Source: Phoronis australis
Taxonomy: Eukaryota > Animalia > Phoronida
Length of the DNA stretch: 64,000 bases
Reading direction: 5' to 3'
NCBI GenBank assembly: GCA_002633005.1
Contig: NMRA01000022.1
Location: 1,365,663 to 1,429,662 of the forward strand
The notes under the pieces were generated by a model. It made no database searches, was not told the origin of the DNA, and saw only the letters and a program-made list of their open reading frames with translations. How positions within the stretch are numbered: position 1 is the stretch's first letter; each line of letters opens with the position of its first letter. The position numbers and the translations under genes were made by a program. Positions 23,256 through 37,200 of this stretch are shown one piece after another.

Positions 23256-26200
23256 TCTTTTAAGCATTGAACAAAAGTGTATTAGCCAATAATATTCCGT
23301 CAAATATATGAATATCCACAAGTTTTAATATTGCCAATATCACTCAGAGCTGTCAATTTCAAGTTAGTCACCCAATAATCTAATTCTAATTAAATAGTAA
23401 TTGATCACTATTTACCAACTTGTTTAAGACAATCAGTTATCCGCATCTGACACCAGTCGCAAGGTGCGAAATGATTTTTGAAGCACGCGTGGTATGTTTT
23501 ATTAGAAAATAGAGCATTGCACGTTGTGTACATGTGCATGAGATGCATCGATCCTCTTTCCAATGCGAATCTGAGAACGCAAGAGACTGAGAGTTTATTC
23601 ATGTAGTAACTTTTTAGTTTCAAACATAAAAGTGTAAGTGAATGTATGATCTACTAGTGTATGTATGACCTTTTCGAACATAGTATGCGAACAAACTGGA
23701 CCTGACGTACTTGAATTACCACATGCCTTGTATAAAGCCACAGTATATCATCCTCAACATTTCCTGTGCTCCGGCTATGAAGGATACACACTGGCAGGAA
23801 TTTCAGTTTGTCTAGATTGAATTGTGGAGCTATTGATCATATCCTAATCCGGCCAAGAACACTTTATACAGAAGGGTCAAAATTTGAGTGCTTGATTCCA
23901 AGTGCTATTTAGCTTAAACTCATGAACATGGCAAATATTTTCTTCGGATACTTACATGTACATGTATCAGATAAGCTAACTCCGTAGGTTAAATGGTTTT
24001 GCCAACGACTACAAGGGAATTCGCACGTCATGTATAAAACAGGGCTATCTCCAGTAGTTTTAGTGTATGGCATAAGCCACTTAACGACCATTCAGATTCC
24101 CTGCATGTGCAGGTCTTGACCTCCCAAATCTCATTTAGCGGTATTGTTCGTTTCAGCTCAGCTGCACTGTAACTGATGTCGACCTCCATCGAATACACCC
24201 AGCCCTTGATTAAGATAGACCGCACTCCATTGTCGGCAGAAATTTTGTTCTACTTACCTATGGATGTGCGTCATCCAATCTGATTTCTCAAGAGGTTTCT
24301 CAAGAGTAACTAATCACTAACCGGTGATAGTCACCAATTATTCAGAATATGAAGATGGATACGTAGACCATAGAACCTGCTGATTTCTAAAGAAAGTCGA
24401 GCCGACTTTTCATAAGAGCTCCAGTCGTCGGTGCATCGTAATTGACCTTGATCATGACCTCTGTCTTACTGTAACATTAAAATATTACAACTATGTCATT
24501 GATAACAAGTGATTATAAAACCGCTTTACAAACTATATCTTAGTGTCAAAACAGCCTTCTTCTCACAGGTGTATTTGCTTTTTCAAAACAATGTTACTAT
24601 GTTCTTACCTTTTGTTTCATGAGATTACTTTATTACAGTACAAAGCATGTCTCAAGCGTTGTTAATGACAGGAAATTTGGATTTGTTGCATTTTTTAATC
24701 CATTTAATACTAAACAAGCACTAGATGGGTGTGCCCTCACATGAGTTGCCACAATGTCTACTCTCTAGTTAAATTTTTACTAATAGTCTTGTTCTTTGAT
24801 TAGAGCACTAACTCCTGGCGGAAAAGAGAAGCTGGGTGAGTTTTCTGCCTTAACAGAGTCACAGAAAAACAGGCCAGCAAGTGTCCGCGTTTCTACCAAT
24901 TCTTAGACTCCCAAGTGTTTTGTCAGATACAAACCCTTGCTATGAATGCTGTAGTCACTCTCGGCACGCTAGCTTCTTCTGTTAAGGGAAACTTAATGTT
25001 TTTGTGTAGGTTTGCACGTTTTCAAAATTTAAGTTGCTGTAAAATAGATGATGCGAGAAATTATTTGAATGCTCAAAAATGTACATGTTGTATGGTCTGA
25101 ATCTATAACAAAGTTTGGTTTGTTTGAAACAAAGCTACATATAAGTTAAGAACTTATATTTTATTCAAGCATGGGTACGCAACTGAAGAGTGTTAAAAAT
25201 AATTTGGCCATAGCCCGAGCGTTCCTTATACGCACAGCTTGGGGCTGGAAGTCTTTCACTACGAATGGAAGCTAGGCACTATGTGCATGCGTCTGTAGAT
25301 GAAAGGTACATGTATGTTGAAGATTAGCTGTATTTTTATATATTATTATGAATCATTACATAATTCGCTTTTAACAAATTAAACATGTGCATAAGTACAT
25401 AATTTTTCAGACTATAGCAGAACAGAAACATTAAGTTATTATTTTAACGTATTCCTAGACAATTTGTCATATTTTCTCTCAATCCGCATACGAATCTCGT
25501 GTACTTATTTTCATGCGTGATTTGTTTATTGTCGTGTGTCTCATTGCGATTAGTCACAAATACACTCAATTCAGGTTGGGTACAGATTCTTACCTCAATT
25601 CACATGTAGTTGGAACGAATTAATAGTGCTCTTGTTACTATAATAAATAAATAAATACTATAGTTGGCTCTACTTAATGAAATCACAAAAAAACACAGTA
25701 AAATACTCTTGGATTGTGAAATAGACTATCTGTATGCGCTCTTCAATCTTTACTTTCTGGCCACCCTGTAGAAAGTGCATTTAGAGTTTTATCCAGCCCA
25801 AAGCCAGCCATTTCAATGCTGTCGACTTCCTTCCATGTGAATTCTGTGAGCTTTTGGAGTCACGTTTACTTCCGTGGCACTATTTGAATTGCAGTTAATG
25901 AATTCGTGCGAGTGCGTTAAGGGAAATTGACTTCCTGTAGTTCGTTCATGTAGTACTCTTGAACATTAATATCACTAAGCCTGGGTTTAGCGAAAAAGGT
26001 AACCAAAATTCAAGTTAATTCGAATTTTTATGGTGTTGGACTACATCGACATGAATCATATTTCTGGCACAAAATTCGCCAAAAGTCACAGGTCATTGGA
26101 TTCTCTAACAATGATCGCGGATCGGATTTTCCCTGGGACATTTCGGGTTGTATTATTCGATTTGTTTTAAATCATAACCATCTTATTCGCCAAATTCTGG

Positions 26201-27145
26201 TGCAGCAACGCTACTACATGCAGGTATAGCTTGCGATTTTTCTCATGTCATTAGCGTCTTTGCAAAAAACACCTTGGATGGGTTTTTATTTTTCCATCTG
26301 TTCATGAGTATGTAAGTACAACTGTAAGCACTATATTTTTGAAGAACACAGTTATCGAATTTACCATAAAATTCAAACCACAAGATCTTGACTTATTGTA
26401 TAATATGAGAACTGACAAGAGTTTTGCCAGGAAGACCAGCTCCCAATGTCTGTTCCAGTCGATTGTCTGTGACTGATGTTACAGAGCGACAGTCTTGCTG
26501 GAGCTGTCAGTTTTATATAGATGAGTTTATTACCCGCGCATGAGATCGGTTTACCTTGCCCGGGCAGTTATGAATTTGTGAACATAGTAAAATGGTGTTC
26601 ATCTCAGAAACGGTCACAGTGAGAGTGTGGCATTACATGGAAAGCTTAAAGGTTGTGTAAGACTTCAGAGCACCACTTCTCAAAAATGGCTGGTTGGATT
26701 TTCATCAAATTTTCAGATAATATGGTTCGTGTAGTGTTATCCAAAATTCTCGCAAAAGTCTTTGAGGGTTTTAAACTTTTGCATGAGGGTCTATCAAACA
26801 TTAGATTGTTTTGGTTTTTATATAAAATTAACGCGGCATAAAATAAAACCGAATTGATAATTTAGAAAACTCTACCAGGGTTCTTGAGATTTCACTTTGA
26901 ATATGTAAATCAAAGGTGATTTGGTTATGCTGTTGATACCCTTGTTTTGTTGTAAATGTACCTTTTTAGCTAAAATTTCCAAAAATTCATGGTCACGTGA
27001 CCCAGTTAATGGCAGATTGATATTAATTTAAAAATTATACACTACAGGCTTTCTGCTTTCAGGAAATATATACTATTACTGAGTAGAATTCAATTGTTTT
27101 GTAAATATTTGGCTAAAGGTATAGAATTGCCCATCAAGTCCTCAA

Positions 27146-27581
27146 CGCCCGGTTGCATGAAACAGGCCCAAACAGGGACTCGACTAAGTTCCCTAAATAT
27201 GCTGCGTATTTTCGAACTTGTGAAAACATCGATTGCCCTTGTGCTGTTTTAGTTTCGTTACTGAGACAACTGTGGACTTTGATGCATATCAAGAGTAAAC
27301 TCTACGTTGAATTGTCAATATTATATGGAAAATAATTAGGGATCTTTTCACGCAACACTCCCAATTTAAGGACTGAGTCCTTATTTAATTTCAAGGAACT
27401 CTGAGCTCAGTTTTAGTTATATTATTAGGAAACGTCATTAATTAAATAGGAACTTATAATAAAGATGAAATGATAGAAAAATGTTGCATCTGTGAGTCCA
27501 TAAATACACAAATATGCGAAAACACTTAGTATCTTACTTGACTCCCTATTTACACGTAGGACTGTTTCATGCAACCAGCCA
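27146..27581. mobile_element. PIF/Harbinger-like MITE
   Basis: TIR GGTTGCATGAAACAG(G/T)CC at about 27151 and reverse complement ending at about 27576. Confidence 0.6.
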
Positions 27582-27684
27582 CAGGACTGTTTACAAGTTT
27601 GTGTTTTACAGCCCCGTTGAATTTATACGCCTATTTTAAACACGTCCACTGGTTAAAGTCTCCAGGACAGTTTCTGCCCGTGGA

Positions 27685-27904
27685 ATAAGCGTTATTTAAT
27701 GCCACAAACTAAGGTCAGTATCACATTTTGGGGTCTGAAAGCTAAGATACTGACCGAAGGTGAAAGTCAATAGCTGGTTTATTATGTTATTACATAAGCG
27801 TTATTTAATGCCACAAACTAAGGTCAGTATCACATTTTGGGGTCTGAAAGCTAAGATACTGACCGAAGGTGAAAGTCAATAGCTGGTTTATTATGTTATT
27901 ACAT
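27685..27904. repeat. Perfect 109-bp tandem duplication with internal hairpin
   Basis: Unit ataagcgttatttaatgcc...attatgttattac at 27685 and 27794. Each unit carries the inverted pair ggtcagtatc / gatactgacc. Confidence 0.9.
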
Positions 27905-28095
27905 CCACTAAAATGTCTTTCCCTATACAGGTAACGGCGACGCTTCAGCGATTAGGAAAACGTCGGACACTGGGAACACCCTAATTCTGCCTTGTATTGT
28001 AATGAACAGCTTTAAAGTTTGCTTCGCAGTAAACAAATGGATTGAACAGCGAAGCGTCGACTAGTCGCTGCAGTGGTAACTCTCAATTTAGTTGA

Positions 28096-28329
28096 TGTTC
28101 AAATATGTTATAACTTAACTTTTCTTTTTAACAGCACAGCCCCGTCCGGCTAGATACATGTACGATCTTACTGGAGATTAGAGCAATTAACGAACAAAAG
28201 AGAGCTGGCCCTCCTCCAACCATCAATGCCAGAATGGAGTTAATCAGTCGTGTAAGATATTGGCTACAGGGGTCATCTTCCCAACTTGTTGTTGTGCTAT
28301 AGTTGGGATCAAGGGAAAAACGCCGTAAT
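28096..28329. repeat. Dispersed ~240-bp interspersed repeat, copy 2
   Basis: Colinear with 9532-9766. Confidence 0.85.
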
Positions 28330-29593
28330 GGGTATGAGCAAAATGACCGAGTGGCAAAATATTTTCTATTTCCCCCGAGCTAAGCCTCCCATTTTTCGTT
28401 CCCACGTTGATACTGCCACATTTCAGACAGGTTTGACATCATAGGAACAATGATATTTCTTTCAGGTTTTAGCTCTTTAAAACACGTTACTATGTCATCA
28501 CTTTTTTAAACTATTGGCTCCCCTTTTCATAGGCGATCTTTTGCTCTTGCACTTGTAAAATCTATCTGTGTGCCCGCAAATATATGCGTGCTTTTATTTC
28601 ATTCCACCACAATGTCTTTAAGAAATTGTCTTTCGTAACTAAGGTGGCTGACGGAACCCGTCGGCATCAGAAACTTTGCTCTTGCCCCTTTTGTGTGGAG
28701 CACTAGCCATGATTCCAAGGCAATAAAACACTGGCTGAAATAAATCAAACTGTCGTTGACTAAAACGGGTGTTTTTTCTATCAAATTGTCTTCCGAAACT
28801 GAATTTCACGTGAAAAATTGGTCAATTTTTATGATGTCATCTTTTCTGTTGTCCTTACAGGGTATCAATGGAAGTGTGTTTAGAGTTATGCCGGACACCC
28901 AATTAGGTGTGACCTTTGAGTGCCAACAAAAGAGTGCAAGAACGCTTTAACAATAAAAAACGTGTTACCTGATCCTGGAATCTCCTTTCGTCTGGAGTTT
29001 AAACTGCACGGGATACACTTTTAACTATACCAATATACTACTTATGTTAAAAACAATGGAAAGCACATAGGGACACATCTATAAGTTCGAGCTGAAACAT
29101 TTGATAGAATTTCATTTAAACAATCCGAGAAAGGAGACGTGAAGTGCATGAACCGTTTTCCTCCGTGTGACAAATACCATGCAGACTCATAAATATGACG
29201 TCGCATTCGTAAAATGTAACAATGATACATTTCTCGCAGGTGCATTCGACGTAAATTGTAACAATTACATAAAACATAACACCTTGTTACATTTTAGGAA
29301 AAGGACTAGTAACGTAAAATGTAACAATTTCGTAAAATGAAACAACTGTTACAGATTACGGCGTATCACACGTAGGCATCAGTGTTGTCGGTCGCCAGAT
29401 GCTTAGGGCATTCGGGGGTGTCGTCCGACGGTCGGTGGCAGCAACGTTGTTATGCACCTTGATGTCGGCTTCTGCATCGTCGTTTGTTTCATGGACTTCT
29501 TCGTCTTCACTTCTTCAGCCGACTTCGCCAAGTGTCATTCCTTCAGGTGCTTTCAGTTCTGTTTAAATTTCCATGTCACAGCACAAGAGTTAA

Positions 29594-30341
29594 TGGAGAA
29601 AGCAACCTTTTTCATGACACTTTTATTAAAAAATACGGTTCTTTGACTATCCCAGACATATTTTCAGTTAATTACGGCTTCCCGTAATTTGATTAAGTAG
29701 TCGAGCTATATTCCGGAAGTGACGTTCAGGGGTTTTGAATTTCCCGCCATGTTGGTCCTGCGTTCGAGTTTACTGCCCCCCCCCACCAAAATCTGCCTAT
29801 GTGACACCCTTCTTCAGGCGTTGTTTTGCAGGAACCTTTATCACTTCACATATCTCTTTCGTAATCCGACGGCAGAACATCTTTGCCACAAACTCGGTAA
29901 TTCTCCACTGCTTTGAACGTTGCGTGGACGGGTAACACTGCGTTCCTCTCACGAATGAGCCAAGTACGGCAAAGTGTGTTATATGCTGGAAAGCGATGTA
30001 ATAGCATACCCAAAGTGCGCGTGAGACGATAATGAGTACATTCCGGTGACGCAGCAACCGTGAGGCATGTTGACAGGCTAGTAAACAAAAGCAAACGACG
30101 ACCAAACTTATCACAGCCGAGGTGAAACAGTGACTGGCTTGACAGCTGACACAGTCAGGCTACTATGAAAATTAAATAACGGGGCATTCTAAACTTCCTA
30201 GTAAATGCCACTTCAAGAATAGGGTATGACTAATTAGTTGAATTACGAGAAGCCGTAATTAACTGAAAAATATGTCTGGGATAATCAACGAACAGTATTT
30301 TTACTACATGTAAAATGACAAGAAAATAGGTTGGTTTCTCT
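29594..30341. mobile_element. Non-autonomous Kolobok-like element (TTAA TSD, ~110-bp TIRs)
   Basis: TTAA at 29590-29593 and 30342-30345. Arms include tatcccagacatattttcagttaattacggcttc and its reverse complement gaagccgtaattaactgaaaaatatgtctgggata. Confidence 0.7.
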
Positions 30342-31202
30342 TTAACTATGGAGATTCTAAAGGGACAAAATCAATTTCAAGATTTTTGCGTTCCATCCTA
30401 AAAGATTTTGCGTTCACTTGCAAATTACTCGAGTTCCCTCGCAAATACTTTTCTTTCTCTCGCAAATTCAATGATTTGCATATTATTTAAATGATTAATT
30501 AACCAGGGAGGTGCCTGCACGGGGTGACTTTCGTGTGTATGTGTATCATATATAATAATTAACTACCTCAACACTATCGTTGACATTTTCGTTGTGTTAT
30601 ATTTGAATGTCATTGCCTCAACACTATTGTCAGCTATTTGTAACGTTATGTTTGAAGAATAAATGGCAAAAAAGAATTAACAGTGTATTGTCGATTAATC
30701 AGCAAAATCAAAAGTAAAATCAATCATTGCTTACAATTACATACAAATACTAATCAGATAATGACTGCAAAATTCCAATTTCCAATGTATATTTATGGGG
30801 TACCTAGAACAAATTTTAAAATGAATGTGAAATCAGTTAATGAGTTTTTTTTTCAACATAAAGTGTTATGCATACGAACATCCTGACTGATTTTAACAAG
30901 CTTAATAACGTTACACCAACAGACAATTTCTACTAACACTAAGTTCACTTAAGGAGCATGACGTAAAATCTTCCTTACGAGTGACCAGCTCAAGGCTAAG
31001 AAACAGGAATCATTAATTGAATTCAATTTCTGTTATCAAGAACGCACCAACGTATAAACAAACGTGGAAGCAAATTTTAAAAGCACGACCACTTGTTCGT
31101 GTATCAAAGTTTTACAGCAAAGCAAATAAAACGCATAAAACCTTTTCACTTAAAGCCATCATCAGCAAGACTGGGTTATGACACGCCTTCTCGAACTTCA
31201 CC

Positions 31203-34200
31203 TTATCCTCTGGCTATCACCTTCAACCACACACCCTGGATTGGTCTTATGGGTGAGTTTTTGTCAATTACGAGAGGTACCTAAAATAGAAGAGAGTAGA
31301 CGATATTAAATTCCAACTTCAACCACCACATCTTCAAGGAGTTCCATCGAAACAGGAACCCCGGAGTAAAACAGAAATCTCGGAGTCGAAAATAAGACTC
31401 CCAGACTTTACAACTAACCACCCGAAAAACACGTACCCTGACCTCTAGCATGAATCGCTGGGATCGGAAAGGACATCCGGGGACCGAAACATCTTTCCCG
31501 CATTTTCTTTCAAACATTGTTTGATGAAAAAAAAATCTTCCTATTTTAAATAGTTGTGATATGTTGTTTAACTATAATATTCTTTGAGAACTTATGACGG
31601 AATGGCGTTCTAAGTTATTCTGCGGCAAAAGTTGTGGTGCGATCTTTTGCGTCGGCTTTTGGCGCCATGAAATACTGCGTCACCTATTGGCCGGTTTCTT
31701 TTTTCCCCAATTCTTCAAACAAGTGTTCTTCTTTCACGAGGTTGTGTACATGTCACAACAAAATAATCACTCGAAAGTCTACATGTTTTTGTTTTTAATT
31801 TTTGAAAATATTTTTGGAGAAACTATTTATTGAATAATTTGAAATTAACTAAATATTCACCGAGAAAACAACTGTTGAGAGTATACATGTGGATTATGTT
31901 AAAATTCACCCGCAGATAAGTTGCAGGAGTTTTACCAAGAAAAATCAAATAACAAAGTCAACATAATATAAGTTACGTTTTATTATTGGCAACTTTCAAC
32001 AAACAAATGCAGAAAACAACTGGAAAGTACTTGAAAATGCTTTAACTCAAAGTTTGAGGCGACTGACAACGGTCTCAGGAAAATTGAAAACATGTCCGGG
32101 TTTTCTAGGCGATCCCCGGTATTCTTGTTTTAAAGGCCAGGGTCAGTGTTTTTCGGATTGGTTAGCTGTTCTGAAGGTGGAAGAGTCTGTTTTCGACTCC
32201 AGGATATCTGTTTTACATCAGAGCTCCTGTTTCGATGGAACACCCTGAGTTTACTCGGGTGAAAAAACCATAATTAGATATTCTTATTTTCCGAGCCTAT
32301 TGGAAATACATGTGAAAATTTAATTATCAAGGGAAATTGTAGTTTTTAAGCCCACAACTTATGGATTATTGTTGAATGGGATAATGTCACTGAAGAAATT
32401 AGCGTTGACCAGAATTATATAACAATAAAATAGTTGTGTTTTTATTATTTTATTTCAAATCTCCAGTTATTGAAGTTCTGTACCAGACATTGCCCGTTAT
32501 CTAGATCGAAGAATTTACCAGTTTTAACATAAACAAAAAACATACCGAGAGTGGCGTAGATGAAGTAATATTCCACAAGACATTATTCTGTATATCGAAC
32601 GAGATCGAAGTTTGAAGTCGATACAATGTACGTGCAATAATGCCGAGTGAGATATTACTTCACCTACGCTATTCGAGGTACCTTATAATGTATGTGTTTA
32701 TCCTATACGCTTCGAATTCATACGTTTCTTTGATTTTTCGGCAGATTTTTAAATACTTCACCCTTACCGTTCACGAGGCGGATCACATCCTACTATGAAC
32801 TTACGCGTTATGTTGCAGACGATATAATATTCAGCAATTACAGTGTACAAACTGAGACAGAAGTGTTATATAATTGACCTTTATGTTCCAGATGTTATGT
32901 TCGGGACCTGATTGCACGTTGCGTGTTATTTATACTGCTGCAATTTTTTATGTTTATTACGAAATCTTCAGAATACAATGAATATACATAACCCAGAAAG
33001 CGCCAACTGGCATTAGATCTGGGTAAAAAAAATACAAAGAAGTCTATATACAATGATTATATACGAATACATAAATAAAAAACTGATGTTAAGAATACAA
33101 TGATATATGACAACGAATGAAAATAATTCATTTTCATACAGATGTATAAAATTCTATCCACTCACACAAAGAGCTTTAATGTTATAAAGAAATTCTGATA
33201 CTATTTCAAATAAAACCTTATTTTCGTTTGAGTTAAGTTCTTGACATCCATATAGAAAGAAATTAATTTTGTTGCACAATTGCGGAATTTCAGAATATTT
33301 TTTATAAACATTTGGGTATTGTTCGAGTGCCTGGAAGAGCTGTACCCTCCCCTCCTTGCATACATCACAAGCAAAGAAAACATGAGGATATGTCTGGGTA
33401 TACTGCTACAATTGTATTTCTTTAAACTATTTTGGGAAAGTTTGATGATCGAACAGGCTAACGACGTCTAGTCGTCATTGTCCTGCCCAATGAGCTATAT
33501 ATATCTCATTGGACCTGCCTTTTAAATTTTCCATGACAGAATGCACTGTTGATATAGTCCAGGTGGGGAACACGGAAAACACATGGCCGTATTAAACTCG
33601 ACTGGTTCAACGCATATGGGATAAGAAAAGATAGTTTAAGCGTTACGATTAAAAAACTCTACCATTTACTAAAGGTACATTTACATGTACATATAGCTCA
33701 GCTAGGAGAGCGCTTGGTTGGGCGGGAGAGTTCAAGATTTCATTCCGCGCTGGGGCTGATCTCAGAAAAAGATTTTTGTCTCGTTGATAATGTCACTTAA
33801 TTAGGTGCCATGATTTCTGGGTAATCTGACATGACCATCTTGTGAGTAGCCTATGCAACAAAAAGACAGCACCGTGGTGTATTAATTAGGTTCAGCACTG
33901 AAATATTTCTGATTTGCAAACACTACTCAAAATACACAGTGAAGTAAAATCCAATTCGGATCACTCCCAGTGGATATTAAGACGAAATCCATTAGTGAAA
34001 AGAGCACGACCATGTTAGTGCAAATCACACATGTTTACGCATAAGTCTAAAACGTAACAGTAGTCTTTTTGCATTCCACTAAATGAGTGCGTTAGAGGCA
34101 CGTCACACCAAACCAGTTTTTATAACCTCTAAGTGAATTCGTCCTAAAACGTAATGAAACGGGATTGAGACAGGTAGACTTTGAGTAATTTTTGACAACT

Positions 34201-37200
34201 GGGTTGCGGTCTTACTCGGGCTGTGTTTCCAAAATTTTATTCCGTTGTGTTACAATTGTGGATAACGTAATGAAAACATCCAGGAATCCCACGATATGGG
34301 GTGTTATGTGGGCCTACCAACCCATATACACGGGAAGGCTTCAGAAAGCTTTACGAATCAGACGGTGTTCATGCAACCCCTAATTGAAGACCACGAAGAT
34401 TGTGGTTTCATTTACCTGTGTCCTCTCACACGGAATGAACCTGAACTTCTGAAGGACCGATGCTAGCAACATCTTCAGTTCCATCTGCGCCAGTCTCATT
34501 CCAATGCAGTTCCGAGGACCCATACCAAATGGCAAGTACGTGTACGGTTTACGAGCTTGCTTTGCTTCTGCAGTGAATCTGTAATAACAGTCATCAATAT
34601 TTACACGTAAATTACCCCCTTGTGAAAGTTGGGGGTTTAGTGAAGATATAGCAACATCTATAAACCCGAAGCAGCCGCCAATCTACTAAACAAATAATGT
34701 ACAAGAAATCCACAGTCGTTGTGACATCGGCTGGTTTCAGATCTCTGACAAGCACTTTGGTACCCAACATCAGGAGATCTCTGACAAGCACTTTCGGATC
34801 GAATCTGAACAAAACTTTATAGTCCTTTCATGTGAACAACATTCACATGTAAATAATGTTCGTGGTATACGGAAGGAAGAAGGAATCATCGTTTTTCCAG
34901 ACGATACCGCGAAGCTCTCACATTTGAGCAACGTGGTTGCTCAGTGAGACTGTGATTACGTAACCCATTAGGTCACGTGATGTGGCCACAAGTGGCGCGC
35001 TGACCAGAGTTGAAAATGTAAGGGATAAGTGAGTCAATATTCTTCTTCTTTTGGGTACGGCAGGGTTGGATCCAGGAGCAGAGTATTATCCAGGATTTTG
35101 CCCGCCAGCATAACGCCAATTCGTCGTGAGAGACTATCCGGAGTTGGTATATGGTGCAACTCCGCATGGCCTGGGCTCAACAGAACATCACAGTTGTACT
35201 GTGAGTCTACACCAATGTGATAAACAAGAGAAATTCTACTTGCCGCGTCAGCAGCAGGTATCATTATTTCTACTATGACAGACAACGCGTGACTGGGAAA
35301 AGCCTTTTCAAAATATTGTAGATAAGCCACTGGAGCAGGAGACCCCTGAAGTCCCTGTCAAGTCCTCACGACAATTCTACGTTATGAGACATTCGCACCC
35401 CCAACTGCAAAATGGAATCTAAGAGAATTTTAGGGGGGGTTCATGGCCCCCTTGCCCCCCTAATCCGCCACTGGACGGTTATACTAAGGCATCAGGTGGA
35501 GAATGTATTGAAAGTCATGTCACAAGTATAAGAAATCATTGCAGAAGATAACAAATTTAAAAGCCGCATCATTTCGTTTCTCCAGTAAAGCTTTGATGGA
35601 AAACAAAGATATACATGCACTTCACTTTTTGTCTGACTTTTATTTTTTGGCGACTGTTGAGGCGTCAACTGTGAACGACACCTATAGTTCAAAGGTAATT
35701 TCAGACAACGGACAGTGCTAGTATAAATGCTGCTCACCTTTCCGGGTCGAACGTTTCTGGATCAGGATAGTTTTCCGGATCATGGTGGATCTGCCAGCAT
35801 GGAATCAACACTTGCGTTTTCTTTGCGAAGAATGTTCCATTAATAGTGACGTCATCAGAAGCTAACCTATCAACCCTGAAAACCAAAGCAGAGCAAAGTT
35901 TATATCATTAGCTCACGTTTTCGTAAACTCGGACTTGTCGCTTTGATTTTGGAGTCACCGGTTGCCACGTCTACGCGCAACGTAATGCAATCCATCCAGC
36001 GCAAAGTTAAAACTACATGTACCTATTTGGGGAAAGAAGACAGCAAAACCGAGGTGGAGTTGACGGGGTGAGTGCATTATTTGATGACTAAAATATATTA
36101 TCAACGCAATCATCGAAAACAATCATTGTAACTAGAGGTTCTAACACCGTGGATCTTTTCATATAGCTGTAACAAATACGTAAATACGTTGCTAAGCTTC
36201 TAAAATTGAGTCTTTCCGATCCTCAACTTACAGCCAGCCCGGAGGGTACATTCTCAGCGCTTCACTACAGCACATTTCCATAACGTCAAGCGTTTGGACG
36301 TTGTCGTGATCTGGTGTTTTCTGAAATAATAAAACATAGGGGCACAAGTCCCCAGTTCTACTGAGTATTAACACCTGCTGTACATACACTATAAACTCTA
36401 AAAACAGTTTGGTTGTTAACCAGTCAATGCGCATATTTCTCATTGGTAAAAATTATAATCTATTAAGATTTCTTCGATTTCCAAATCTATGCATTTTAAA
36501 TTATAGAGTTTCGTATCCACGCGTTAAAGGTTTTAATATGTCTACGGAGAAAAAGTTTTCTAAATTACCCCTTGAAGCTTTTCGTCTAGTTCCTCGATCA
36601 CCTTATCTTGCCACTCGGGGTGGGTAGCCAGTAGATAGGCCATGAACTGCAGAACTTGAGAAGTTGTGTCGAAGCCAGCCAAAAAGAACAGGAGGATATT
36701 GGCTGTCATTTCTTTCTTGGACATCCCTGGAGAAAATACCTCGCATAAGTTATCAGAGGGTTCTTACATGTATAAAACAATAGGCACGCGTTGGCCGATT
36801 CATGAAACTTAACACCGGCTAGTCTTTAACTTTGTATTCTGGCATGACGTCAACAGGAATATGCAACAGTGACCACATACATGATACAATGAGTGACTAC
36901 AGTAGACGAGAAACACTCAACCAATAAGTACCACTAGGTATCGTGATTGCTTAAGAAAGCACAAGTGACGAATGCTACTACAAGTCAACAAATAAGAATT
37001 CTCGCTCTAGTTAATTGGCCGTCATTTTGCTTGTCGTGGCTAGTATTTTTTCTTGCTTGCTGAGTCGCCAAATCCTTGCGTTATACATGTACCGCCGTAT
37101 CGTATGTGGCCTCATCACAGCTGCGTTCTGTAGACTCATTATACTCGCCAAAGCGTATAAGATTGAGCAAGGTTTCGTGAAATTCATGTATATTCTTACC

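Noticed and set aside
23730-24980. Possible small plus-strand gene (TATA near 23731; exon-like 24803-24835 and 24927-24979 giving a Cys-rich tail)
   Set aside because: I could not build a consistent start exon; the intervening candidate exon has stops in all frames and there is no recognisable family.
33797-33850. Candidate CYP last exon ([17 protein letters not shown])
   Set aside because: 31280-31203 ([25 protein letters not shown]) fits the CYP3 C-terminus much better.
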